Shown here: in pieces, positions 1 to 13,400 of the stretch
How the letters are laid out: each line of letters begins with the position of its first letter
How positions within the stretch are numbered: the first letter of the stretch is position 1
Assembly (NCBI GenBank): GCA_964016885.1
Contig: OZ024740.1
Coordinates: 395,870,001 to 395,934,000, forward strand
DNA length: 64,000 bases
Source: Eledone cirrhosa
Lineage: Eukaryota
Reading direction: 5' to 3'
Notes under the pieces: generated by a model
The model's input: only the letters and a program-made list of their open reading frames with translations
What the model was told of the DNA's origin: nothing
Database searches by the model: none
Program-made: the position numbers and the translations under genes

Positions 1-750
1 ATAGTTTTGGTGACAAATACAGTGAAGGAGGCAGAGGATTTGATGCGGGAGGTTGAGACTGTGTCGATGAGTGTGGGGCTGAGAATGAATGAGACTAAAA
101 CAAAATATCTGGTAGAGAATGTTGAGAAGCCAGAGGGGATCACTAATGTAGGCGGGAAGCCGCTGGAATTGGTTGAGGACTTCCTGTATTTGGGAGCAAA
201 GATTGGGAATACGGAAGATGATGTGGTTGAGAGGAAGAGCAAGGCCTGGGCGGCGTGCCACAGCTTGAGATCGGTGTGGAAGTCGGACCTTCATAGAGAC
301 CTGAAAATCCGCCTCTTCATTGCTGTAGTGGAGTCTGTGCTGCTGTATGGGTCTGAGACTTGGACACTGACCAAGAAACTCACTCAGATGGTGGATGGGT
401 GCTACACGAGAATGCTGAGGATGGCTCTGAACATTAATCAGTATACACTGAGGATGAAAAACTCAGAGCTGTATGGGAGCATCCCAAAAGTCAGCTCAAA
501 AGTGACACAGATGAGACTGAGGTTAGCTCGACATGCTCACCGACATCCAGAGTTGACATTGCACTCAGTACTCCTTTGGGAGCCCCTACATGGACACACT
601 AGAAGAGGAAGACCAAGGTTAACGTATGTTGATGCCCTAAGGACAGACACTGGTCTGTTGGAGATGCAGGACATGGCAGCAATAATGAGGGACAGAGACC
701 GCTGGAGAGAACTCGTCCATGGATCTCGGGAATTTTACCCGCCTTAGATA
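1..750 (+). mobile_element. RTE-like non-LTR retrotransposon, 3' part of ORF (RT end and C-terminus)
   Basis: GLRMNETKTKY, DFLYLG, LLYGSETWTLT, RRGRPRLTY, DRDRWRE motifs; no PHD insertion. Confidence 0.9.
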
Positions 751-814
751 TTTTCCTAAAAGGACATTATTTTATTCTGAAAATAAAGTTCAATTGTTTA
801 AATTATTAAAAATG

Positions 815-1275
815 ACTTCATCATCATCGTCGTCATCATCTCCATTTAACGTCCATTTTTCCATGCTAGCATGGGTTAGACGAGTTATCCTGTTGTGAGC
901 AATGCCAGGTTAACCGACCATGTCTTGTTCGTACAGAACTGAATTTAGCTTGGTTTCTTCAGCTGGATGACCTTCCTAGCGCCAAACTTATTTTACAGTG
1001 GGTACTTTACAGTGTGGACTGATTGCTTTTTGCCGTGATACCTACATGACAACTTTACAGTGTGGACTGGGTGCTTTTTGCCGTGATACCTACACCACAA
1101 CTTTACAGTGTGAGCTGGGTACTCTTTGCCGTGATACCTACACAACAACTTTACAGTGTGGACTGGGTGCTTTTTTGCCATGTTGCTGTCACAACCACTT
1201 TACAGTGTGGGCTGAAGGCTTCACTGAATGTATGCTTCCACCAGTCCTAATGGGAGATGTATGGGAGTGGGTGGG
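815..1275 (-). mobile_element. RTE-type 3' UTR/SINE-like element with 4-5 tandem ~50-bp modules and (GAT)n tail
   Basis: Tandem actttacagtgtggactgggtgctttttgccgtgatacctacac units at 990-1215; tail shared with the LINE ending at 5418. Confidence 0.75.
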
Positions 1276-1431
1276 ATGGTGCATACTATTTATATGCATT
1301 TTGTATAAACTTTATTTTCATTTAGATAGTAAAATAAATTTATTTATATAATTTCTGGCAATGGAAAGTCCATTGACAAAACATCCAACCACAATTCAAT
1401 GATGTAAACAGAATCTGAAAACTTCAATTAC

Positions 1432-1515
1432 CATGAGGATCATCATCTGGTGTAAATACTTCTTTCATGGCCTTTTTGTTATGACACAAGGAGATAAAAT
1501 CTTCAAGGTAATCAT
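1432..1515 (-). CDS. RAB3GAP1: RAB3GAP1 exon 12
   Basis: DYLEDFISLCHNKKAMKEVFTPDDDPH; in phase, flanked by AG/GT. Confidence 0.82.
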
Positions 1516-4500
1516 CTAATCACAAAGTAAAGAAAAGAAATTAAATTACACATAATAATTACACATTGATAATTAAATTCTGGGCAACAGTACCATTCTG
1601 TCTATCAACAGATTTTTCTTTCTAGAATTGTTGAACTTTTAAAGAAATCTTTTGAAAAATTTAATTCACACATTTGTAACAGATATTCATCTAAAGAGAA
1701 AAGAAAGAAATTAACTTACGTAGCAGACACTGGGGGTCCTCAGTCATTGTGATACGCACTGACCACTGAGGGGCTTGGAGGGGGTCAAGGTCACTACAAA
1801 AAATATATCACAGAATGCAACAAAATATTTAAACTTTCATGTTTGGTGAATAATATATAAAGTTATACAGGGTGTTCAGGCTAAATTTGACAGGTTATTT
1901 TAAAGGGAAAAAAGTGAATATCTCAGTCAAAAATAAATTTATTCAAAAAATAGAAAATGGCATAAAGACTAAAATTATCAAAAGAGAAAATTCACTCAAA
2001 GAAGCTACCCTCAGCATCCACCATGTGCTCGATCTGGCTCCGGAATCTGACACATGTGGCCTAGGGAGAACCTCAAATGCCTCCTTAATCCTGTCGATCA
2101 GCTGGGTCTTTGTATTACATACAGTGCAGTTTGTGTCTTTCTCAACTGCGCCTCACACATAATAATCTATAGGATTGAAATCAGGGGAGTTAGGGAGCCA
2201 AACGTTAGGGCTGGTGAAGTCGTAAAAATTCTCTGACAACCACTTCTGAGTCATCCCAGAAGTGTGGCAGGGAGCTGAATCTTGCTGCCACACATATGGT
2301 CTTCCAGAAGCCACCCTCTCCAACCACGGTAATCAGCAGCTCCACATAGCCAGCCGAATTGAACCCAAGACCCTGTTCAAAGATGTGAGGTGGCATGACA
2401 TTATCCTCACTGGCGACTCATCCAAAAACCATTACAGTTTGGGGAAACGTGGTCTTCATGACACGAGGAATGTCATATGGATTATAGGCAAGCCATCTGT
2501 TGTTCTAGGTGTGCACTTAGTCCAGACAAAAGTTCTTTTCATCAGAGAAGAACCAAATTATATATAAATATATGTCATGTTCTGTGTGTGTGTGTCTTCG
2601 TTTCCAGGTCTAACAACTTATATATATATAACAAATTCCCTCACAAGACATCAGTCAGCCCAGGGCTATATTAGGAGATACTTGCCCATGGTGCCACACA
2701 GTGGGAACAAACTTGAAAACACATGGTTCCAAATCAAATTTCTTAACCTGACAGCCATGGTTAATGGGTGGGATGTTGGATGGAGACACAGACAGACAGG
2801 CAAACAAACAGGTCAGCCAACCGACAGACAGAGAGAAGACCAACTGAACGTCTGACAGGCAGGCAAGCAAACAGACAGTCAGATAGATACTCAGAATGAG
2901 ACCACTAAGAGGTTAAATGATATTTAGTAATGGACACAACATAGCCTAAATGACAGGATACAGATCACCCACATTCAAGTTGACAGTCATGCACCCTAAT
3001 GACCCTAATGACCCAAACAGTAGCAACTTTTGAAATCAAATTTAGACCCATGCCAGCATGGAAAAATGGACATTAAATGGTAATGATGATGATTTTGTAA
3101 AAAATAAATTTAAAATCAAATTCATCTCCTGATTAACTCTTATTAGTGATTGAGAAAAATACTTAAATAGGATATTTTAACTATTTTAACTTACGTATAA
3201 ACTTGATTTTCAACAATAATATTCTCTGAAAGACATGGCCAAGTACAAGAGAGATGCAGCTCACTGAAAATTAAAACAAGAAAATGTTAAATGGTTGACA
3301 TTTTATGAGAGGCAATTCAAAGATATTTATTATCTACTTAAACGTAATGGATGTTACACCCTGTAAGATAGATTACTAAATGAGGAGAATGCATGGGAAG
3401 AAGAGACCCTACCCCACGTAGACCCTATAGAGGGACCAGCAGTACAAGTCAGCGGCAGCGTAGTAAGTAAGGCAATCAGAGATATGAAGATAGGGAAGGC
3501 AACCGGTCCATCGGGTATAGCTGCCGAGATGCTGAAGGCATCTGGGTCTGTAGGTCACACTATAACCACACGTATCGTTAACCAGGTAATACTAGAGGGG
3601 GCCATACCAAAAGATTGGTGCAGTAGCATCATTGTCAACTGCTACAAAGGTAAAGGCGATGCACTAGATAGAGGAAACTATAGAGGTATAAAGTTGATGG
3701 ACCAGGTCATGAAAGTAACAGAAAGAGTTATAGCACAGCTGATTAGGGACCGGGTGAATATAGACGAGATGCAATTTGGGTTTGTACCAGGGAAAGGCAC
3801 CACTGATGCCCTCTTCCTTGTGAGGCAATTACAGGAAAAGTACCTAGCTAAAAGTAAGCCACTCTACTTGGCATTTGTCGACCTTGAGAAAGCCTTTGAC
3901 AGAGTTCCACGTGCAGTAATCTGGTGGGCTCTTAGAAAACTAGGAGTAGATGAATGGCTTGTGAAAGCGGTACAAGCCATGTATAGGGGAGCAGTCAGCA
4001 AAGTTAGGATTGGCAATGAGTATAGCGAGGAATTTAGCGTACAGGTTGGGGTCCACCAGGGCTCTGTTCTTAGCCCTCTCCTGTTCATCATAGTCCTGCA
4101 GGCAATAACGGAGGAGTTTAAGACCGGATGCCCATGGGAACTCCTGTATGCTGATGACCTCGCACTCATAGCTGAATCTATGGTAGAACTAGAGAATAAA
4201 TTCCAAACCTGGAAGCAGGGACTAGAGAGAAAGGGCCTCAAAGTCAACATGACAAAGACTAAGGTCCTTGTAAGTAGACGAGAAAACAGAACCCAGATCC
4301 CCTCAGGGAAATGGCCTTGCTCAGTATGTAGGAAAGGTGTAGGTAGGAACTCCATTCTCTGCCCCAAATGCAAACAATGGGTACACAAGAGATGTAGCGG
4401 GATCTCAGGAAGCTTAATTAAGAATGTAGGATTCACATGCAGCAGCTGTGCTGAAACAGCAAGCAAACAGCCACAGGAAACAAGTACCACCAATCTCTGG

Positions 4501-7387
4501 GAGGGCCCTGTAGAAACAGTAGACAGCTTCTGCTACCTAGGTGACCGAATTAGCAACGGAGGTGGGTGCTCAGAAAGTACAATAACTAGGGTAAGAACGG
4601 GATGGAAGAAGTTTAGGGAACTACTACCACTGCTAGCTGCAAAAGGCTTCTCCCTCAGAATGAAAGGCAGACTGTATGATGCGTGTATCCGAACAGCAAT
4701 GTTACATGGTAGTGAGACCTGGGCGCTGAAGGTGGAAGACTTACGTAGATTAGAGAGAAACGAAGCCTGCATGCTCCGATGGATGTGTAACAGTAATATA
4801 CGTGAACGACAAAGCATAAAGGAATTGAGAGAGAGACTGAGCATAAGAGGAATCAAATGCTGCGTGCAGGAGAGGCGGTTACGCTGGTATGGACATGTGA
4901 TGCGTATGAAGGATGACAGCTGCATAAAAAGGTGCAGAGCACTAGAAGTTGATGGAAACCGCGGAGTGGGGAGACCCAAGATGACTTGGGATGAGGTGAT
5001 AAAAGCCGACCTTACCCAACTACACCTCTCAAAGTCAATGACACACGACCGTGACTTCTGGCGTCACGCAGTAATACAGGGTACCCGACCTCCCATGGGT
5101 ACATGCTGAAGCATATAAACAATATGCCCCCCCCCCCCCCCCCCCACCGCAAGGTGGCCGTGGAGGTGCCACGGCAAAAAAGCACCCAGCCCACACTGTA
5201 AAGTGGACGTGTAGGCGCCACGAAAAAGCACCCAGCACTCACTGTAAATGAGGTTGGTGTTAGGAAGGGCATCCAGCTGTAGAAATCAAGCCAGATCAGT
5301 TCCTGTATGAGCAAGGCATGGTCAGCCGACCAGACACTGCCCACAACAGGACAACCCGTCTAACCCATGCTAGCGTGGAAGAACGGACGTAAAACGGTGA
5401 TGATGATGATGATGATGACCCTCATCTCAAACTGCATCCTTAAACTAATAAAGTGACATCTGCACAGGATTTCAACCAGCTAAATCTCCCTCAAATCACA
5501 ACCCACCATCTAAAAAATAGATGGGATAATCATGACTAAAATACCTTTTATCATAAGTCTGCTAAATCAAAATCAGTATGAGGCAAAACCACAACTCCAT
5601 CCCCACAGAACCAGTTAATATAGAATCCACTATGTAGTTAATGTAATATCCAAATCCAGCTTAATGTAATATCCAAATCCCCTTTAACCCTTTAGCATTC
5701 ATATTACTCTATATATACTATTATATTTTCATGGTAAAGGCTTTACCTCGCATAATTATCTCACATAATATCGAATCTATGAGATTTTGAAAGTATTTAT
5801 TTTGAGAACAATACTTTAACATCAGTTTGAGCGATCAGTTACAGCCAGTTTCAACAGAAAGAGGTAGAGAATTCTGGCCGGTTTGAACATTACTCTATAT
5901 ATACTATTGTATTTTTGTGGTAAAGGCTTTATCTTACATATTTATTTCACATAATATTGAATTTACGAGATTTCAATGTTATTTATTTTGAGAACAATAC
6001 CTTAATGTCAGTATGAGCAGCCAGTTACAGTCAGTTTGAACAGAAAGAGGTGAGTGAATTCTGGCCGAATAAGGCCAGTTTAAATATCACCATACTATCT
6101 AAAAAGAGATCTTCTCAACTGAGAAGTTCTAAAATTATGAAAACCATCACCCAAAACTAAAACAGAATAACCATACATAGAATGCTGACATAAAAACACA
6201 GTTTAATCTAATAACTTCAACTCTTGCAGAATTGCTGTGGCTTTATCATCATCCTCATTTCATGTCTGTTTTTCCATACTTGCATGGATGAGATGGGTCT
6301 TCTGCAACAGTGTCGTGCTACTTGCTGCAGTCTTTTGTCATCTTCTTGGCAAGCTTTAGCATACTCAGATCAGTTTTCATCACTTCTTTCCATGCTTTCC
6401 TCTTCTGCAGGTTCCTTCAACTTAATCCTTTAGCATTTACATTACTCTATATTTACTATTATATTTTCATGGTAAAGGCCTAACCTCCTACAATTATCTC
6501 ACATAATATTGAATCTATGAGATATTGAGATTATTTATTTTGAGAACAATACCTTAACATCAGTATGAACAACCAGTTATGGTCGGTTTGAACAGAGGGA
6601 GGTGAGAGAATTCTGGCCGGATATGGCCAGTTTAAATGCTAAGGGGTTAAACTGCTTAGCATTTCTTTAACCAAAGCACGTCTCTAAGATTGTCAAGAAG
6701 GCCGAGGGTGTCTTGGCATCACTCAACAAGACCTTTGTTAGCCGCTCTCCAGCCATCTATTTAAAGCTGTATACAGCTATGGTACGACCACACTTGGAAT
6801 TCGCATCATCAGTCTAGAACTTCTATCTTGCTCAGAACATTGACCTCCTGGAAACTGTTCAGAGACATGCAACCAAGCGCATACCCTCCATCAGACACCT
6901 ACCATACTCTGAACGCCTTGCTTCCCTGGGCATTGATTCATTGAAGCTCCGACGTCTGGCAATGGACTTGGTAAACACCCACAAAGTTATTAACCATCTC
7001 GCCAACAACAACCCTGAGCACCTTTTTGATCTCCATGTGTCTAACACATGTGGACATGCCTACAAAGTCAGAAAACAGCACAACTCCCATGACTTTCGGA
7101 AACATTTTTTCATGCTTAGAGTTGCTGAAGCATGGAACAAACTGCATGTGTCAGTTGTTAGCTGCCGAGACACTGCATCCTTTAAAACCCTCATGCTTCT
7201 CGAAATTTGCCAAAACTACACCTGATGTCCCCCTTCCATACACATACACACATGTATATCATGACTAATGCACTGTTCATTTTCCTGACGTTTGTACATT
7301 ACCCTATGTACTATACATACACTTTTGATGAGTTGTAGTGCACCTGAGCACTGTACACAATATTTTCATTATTATTATTATTGTTGT

Positions 7388-7419
<32 letters not shown>

Positions 7420-10400
7420 TTGTTGCTGCTGCTATTAGTATTATTGTTACTAACAAACATTCAAAAATTTATATGTTAATTGTTAAAAAAAAAAATACAA
7501 CATACTTGACTGGATCTTCACAAGCACCAAATGGTAGCATTCCAAAGCCTGTACATCCTACATCTTCATCTCCCATGATGGAAAAATCTAATTTAAATAA
7601 ATAAAGACAACCAAATAATATTACACTATCTTGTATCATAAAATAGGACATATATTTTATAAAACATTACTGATTTTTTACTTCTTAATCACACAAAAAA
7701 AACACTGCTTTATACGTATATCATTATAGTTTGTATTGTTATATAATTCATATTTACATTTATGGTCTCTTTGGAGTTAAGGTTACATGGATGGCATCCC
7801 CTGGTGTAAGATTTAGCTTTGGTTAGGATGCTCCATTGTAGCATGAGAGATATATTTTTTTCATGCAAGTGCTACTACATGTAGCTGAAAAGTATCATTG
7901 CATCTTTCTAGGCTGGGTTATGAAAGCTATGTTGAAATTGGTAGAATTTAGTTTCGAATTCACAAGCTGTAAATTTGGTTTCATTGTCGCTTTCCTCTTA
8001 TATAACCCACCCACCCCTCCACACACCAGTCAATCAACATATGACTCCACCCCCAATGAGCAGGACTTGGCTGAAATTAACAAAAACCATTTGATTAATT
8101 TCTCATTTTGCTATCAAAATAGTTAAAGCTTAACCATGAAATATTCTATCCTATAAAAATGATACATATAGGACAGTTTTGAGGACTTTGTAAATAGAAT
8201 TGGAATTGATGCAAGTCATGCAGAAGACAGCACTTCTTGGTACAGAAAGGATTTTAAAGAAAGATTTGTGTATATTTGCGTATATAAGTGCCTACAGTCA
8301 GTAGGGACCTCGTAACCAAATATACACCCTAACCCACTACTCCTACTCGATTCTCCCACTCCCACCAACACCACCATTTCTCTGTAAAGTTATGTTGGTA
8401 CCACAACAACCAGTCCAAACTAATGAGGTTGTGTAGGTGTCACAACAAAAAAGCACCCAGTCGACGCTGTAATGTGGCCACGTAGGTAACACAGTAAAAA
8501 GCTCCCAGTCCACACTGTAAATGTGGTTGGTGTTAGGAAGGGCATCCAGCTGTAGAAAACCTGCCAGATATGAAGGCACATGGCTTAGTGGTTAGAGCAT
8601 TGGCCTTGCAATCGAAAGGTTGTGAGTTCAATTCTCAGACCGGGTGATGTGTTGTTTCCTTGAGCAAGACACTTTATTTCACATTGCTCCAGTTTACTCA
8701 GCTGTAGAAATGAGATGATAGGGACTGGGGTCCCTATCATTCCACTGCAAAGTGGTCGTGGAGGTGCCACGGCAAAAAAGCACCCAGCATTCACTGTAAA
8801 TGAGGTTGGTGTTAGGAAGGGCAAATCAAGCCAGAATCAGTTCCTGTCCCACCCTTGCAAGCAGGGAAAAGCGGACGTAAAATGATGATGATGATGATAA
8901 TGAGAGTCCTATACGAGCGAGACACCGTCACCCAACGAATCATGCCTCAAGTAGGACAATTCCTGTCTAACCCATGCTAACGTGGAAGATAGACATTAAA
9001 CGATGATGATGATGAAGGTACAGCAGAGGATGCAGTAAGGGACCTTTGTTGTTGACTGCTCCCTAACTGAAATATCCACATTGTTTAACATCTAAATACC
9101 AGAGATTTACAAAAATGAACCATATTTATATAAAATACTCACCTGGAGGAGTCTGAGGCCACAAAGAATGTGTCCATTCCTCAAGAATGTAAGTAAAACG
9201 AACTGACACGGCAACAGTAGGCAGTGGGTTAATAGCATGACCCTGGGTTAAAGGATTAAAGTAAATAAAAATTAAGAAACTATAACCAATCTCATCAAAA
9301 TACATAAATACACAACAGTGTGTTATCTATATTATGTTAAAGGTAAGTGAAGTGAGGAGCTGTGATTTTAAATTTATAAGGAAACTAAGAACAATGTCTT
9401 TAGTAACTAGAAATTATAATTAGATTATATAATTACTAAGGTAAGTTATTAGTGTCAACCTACAAGTGAAGAGTCAAATATTTGCATTCTGTTACCAGCA
9501 TGGCATTGTGTTGAAAGTCAAGGCATTTCACTTTCACTGATTGAGTCCATGTAGCCAGCCGTCACTGAAATAGTTTTTAATCCCAAATCAACTTTGATTG
9601 AGTTGACTTATGATCAACTAGTCATGACCATCTTGTATTTTTTTTACAACAATAACCAACAAACAATATGAAAGCTGCTGAGATCCATAGTAAAGTTTGA
9701 TACTGATATTTTCTTTAACCTCATTCTATGTTGCCTATATTCATCTTTTATATAACACTTTTGTAATCTATCCAGCTGAATATCAAATTACAATAAAGAA
9801 AAAAGAAGCAACAAAAAAAAACACTGAAAAGTTGTCTAATTTTCACACATCTTGCTTGAGTACAGGAGATATGAAAAACTAAAAATCTAAAATGACAATA
9901 TCATTGCTTTTTTTTAAAATCTCTTCTTGAAAACAGCCAGTTATCTGAAGCTATTTTACAAAAACTCTGATAGATGAAGAATAACTTACTAATTCAGATT
10001 TAAACACATCCAACAAGCCTGCTAAATGATTATACTGTATTGGTAACTTCTTCAAATGAGCCATATCAAATGAGATAGTTGCATTGGGCAACACACTTGT
10101 ACCTAGATACAGCCGACGCCATTTCTGCTGAATCTGTACAAACATGGGCACAGAGCTGAAATAGGATAAAAAAAAATATCATAAAAACTCTAAACAAGTG
10201 ACTGCGATTAGATATTGATACAATAAAGAGAAAAATTCTCAAATATATTTTTTTCTTTTACAACTATACCATCAAATTTTCAAAATTATTCACTTTTATA
10301 TAATTTGTGTGTGCATATATATACTTACACACACATGCATATATATTTATATACATAAATATGCATACACACACATATATACATACATATATTTATAAAT

Positions 10401-13400
10401 ATATTGGCAACAAGTGAAAAAAAACCTCCATGGTCATACACAGTTTCAACCCCTTTTTAAAAGCATCCAAAACTATAATGGTCCCCAGAAGACAGCCAAT
10501 GAGCAGGAATTGTCCATGTATACATGCGTGTGTGTATAATCATCAATGAGAGGATTGCAGTACAGCATTTTTATAAATGTTCACCACACCATACTCATAC
10601 ACATAAACAATTTATATCTATATATGCATGTGTGAGTGTATATATATCATCATCATCATTGCTGTTTAACGTTTATCTTCCATGTTAGCATGGGTCAGAC
10701 GGGAATTGTCCCACTTGAGGCAAGATTGATCGAGTGACCGTGTCTCACTCGTATAGGACTATATCTGGCAGGTTTTCTACGGCTGGATGCCCTTCCTAAC
10801 ACCAACCACATTTACAGTGTGGACTGGGAGCCTTTTTACCGTGTCTCCTACACGACCACTTTACAGCGTGGACTGGGTGCTTTTTTGTTGTGACACCTAC
10901 ACAACCTCTTTAGTTTGGACTGAATGTTCTGTGGTACCAACATAACTTTACAGAGAAAGGGTGGTGTTGGTGGGAGGATGGAGTAGGGGTAGTGAGTTGG
11001 GGTGTATATTTGGCTAAGAGGTGCCTATTAACTGTAGGTTTTATATATATAAATAGTTTATGTGTGTATATATATATATAATTGTTTCTACTTTTGGCAC
11101 AAGGCCAGCAATTGTCCCACTGCATTACTGGTACTTTATTTAATCGACCCCATAGGGATGAAAGACTGTATGCAAACATGAAAAATGTAATGTTAAAACA
11201 ATGATGATGATAATATGGATGAAGATATTAACAGAATATGGATGAAGATATTAATAGAATATGGATGAAGATATTAACAGAATATGGATGAAGATATTAA
11301 CAGAATATGGATGAAGATATTAACAGAATATGGATGAAGATATTAACAGCAACAATGATGATTATGACAACAATGACATCTACCTTTTCAAATTAAAACA
11401 AGATTCTAAATATCATGTCCTATCATAATTGGCACAGTTACATTTTGACTTACCAACCAGTGTTTCCTAGAGCAATGGTTACAGAACTGAGTAATAACTT
11501 GGCACGACTTTCAATATCAATTATATCGGCAGTAGACTTTGGTGAAAGAACAATGAAACTGCGAAGACCATACCTGAAAGAAATATCAGCAGACTAAAAA
11601 ACCATTACAAAACAAAACAAACAACTGAATGGAGATATTAAGTAAATTAACTGTTCAGTTTAAAAAATAACTGACATTTCGATATAACATTAAGAAAAAT
11701 AGGGTCAACAAGGGATCCACTTCATAGTCATTCAACTTGCTAGAAATAGCAGCTAAATTTCCCCCAAATGTCTTACGAAAACGACATTCAGAATAGTGTA
11801 ATCCAAGGTAGATAATGCCTAGAAAAAAAAAGATGTGATGGTCACAGCTGGAATGCCTTTAACCATTTTTCGTACACGTCCCATAGAAACAAAAATAATA
11901 CTCCAAATAATAGTTTCCAGTAACATGTTAATACATGCCTATGTTAGTAGTTTGGTACATTTTTAGATTCACAGCCATATAACTTTTAACCACACTTGTG
12001 CTACTATTGCATCTTTCATTACCATATTTCTAATGAGATATACTGCCAATATGTTTAAAAATAAGCAAGAATCTGGAAACATTTTAATTATTTTTGTTGT
12101 TTTTTGTGTGTGTGTGTGTGTTTTTTTTTCATTTTTTAGCTGGAATTTCTAACATAATTCTAAAAGGATCTTACATAAAATTGTGATGGAAGGATTGAAA
12201 TATAAATACTTTTAAACAAGAGGTTTTGTATCATAGATACCAGAGGCAGTTTCAGGTGGACTGGTTTCAAAAGGATTATAACAAAGATTTAAGTGTCATC
12301 TTATCTCATTCCTTTCCTTATAAATTCATGGATCCAGAGTCTATGTAAGAAATTAGTCAGTTAAATATACATATACACCTCCAATCAACAAAACAAATCA
12401 TTTTTTTTATGAAATCACTATACTATAAATCAAGGCTCTCATATTGATGCTTCAACATTCACATACACTAGAATAACACATCCACCAGAGCATGCTCACC
12501 TAATTTTTGTTCCAATCTTCATAGGTCCTCTGCTTACATGTAGCATTGTCATTTGCACACAAGCATCTTACAATCAGCCTTTTATTCTGAGGGATAAACC
12601 AATTGTGCCCTGAACTTTTTCAAACCACTTCTCATTCTGACTGATGTACTTTCAAAACACCCACTTCTACTACTAATTGGGTCACCCATGTAACAGAAGC
12701 AGTTGGCTACTTCTAAGGAGCCATCTGAGCATTTGATAGAGCATGTTTTATATGAGCTCTTGCTGCTTACTGTTCCTGTGCATCTGCCACATACAAAGCC
12801 TGCATTCTTTGCTAACCTTTCCAAGATCCTGCTACATCCCATGTATCCATAGCTTACATTTTGTACATAGAATGGAACTTCTATGTACTCCTTCCCTATA
12901 TACTGAGAAAAACTATTTCCCTGATGGAAAATTTTTAAAAAAGATAATCAAGAATTTTCTAACTGTTCCATTGTTTTGGGGTTATTTTTGGTATTTTTTT
13001 AAATAAACGGTATATGTATATGTATGTAGGTATGTAAACATTAAACAGAAAACAATACAACATCAAGACTGATGAGAATGAAATAGGAAGGTATCCTCAA
13101 ACCAGAGACCTGGCCCAAATGCTTCCAAAAGTGTGGATTCTGCTAAAGACACCCCTCCCTGGGGTCAAGTGGAGGTGTTAAACTGGGCAGCCAACTAAGT
13201 CTACCACCCAAGTAGACAATGATAAGATTTGAACTCAGAATGCAACGAGCTGGAACAACTACCACAAGTCATCCTATCTGGTGTTCTGATGACTCTGCCA
13301 ATTCACCACTATAGACTAGTGGTAAAGAGTCTTAACATTTTCGTCGTTAGTAATTCATCAGAAAATAGAATGAGAAATAAAAGAAGAAATAGAAAGATAG

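Noticed and set aside
990-1215. Regularly spaced ~50-bp repeats as a CRISPR or coding repeat
   Set aside because: They are tandem copies of the retroelement pseudoknot module with no unique spacers.
3864-4979. Long antisense ORFs opposite the LINE RTs (also 29713-30481, 42707-43042, 54078-54452)
   Set aside because: Shadow ORFs of the LINE coding strands with no recognisable motifs.
8172-8315. Protein-like ORF DSFEDFVNRIGIDASHAEDSTSW
   Set aside because: Better explained as the decayed C-terminus of an RTE ORF followed by its 3' UTR.
8575-8650. tRNA gene
   Set aside because: A and B boxes are present but there is no complete cloverleaf; it is the head of a SINE found three times in the window.
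13067-13100. CTGATGA...GAAA hammerhead-like match (also 30724)
   Set aside because: Stems I-III cannot be formed.
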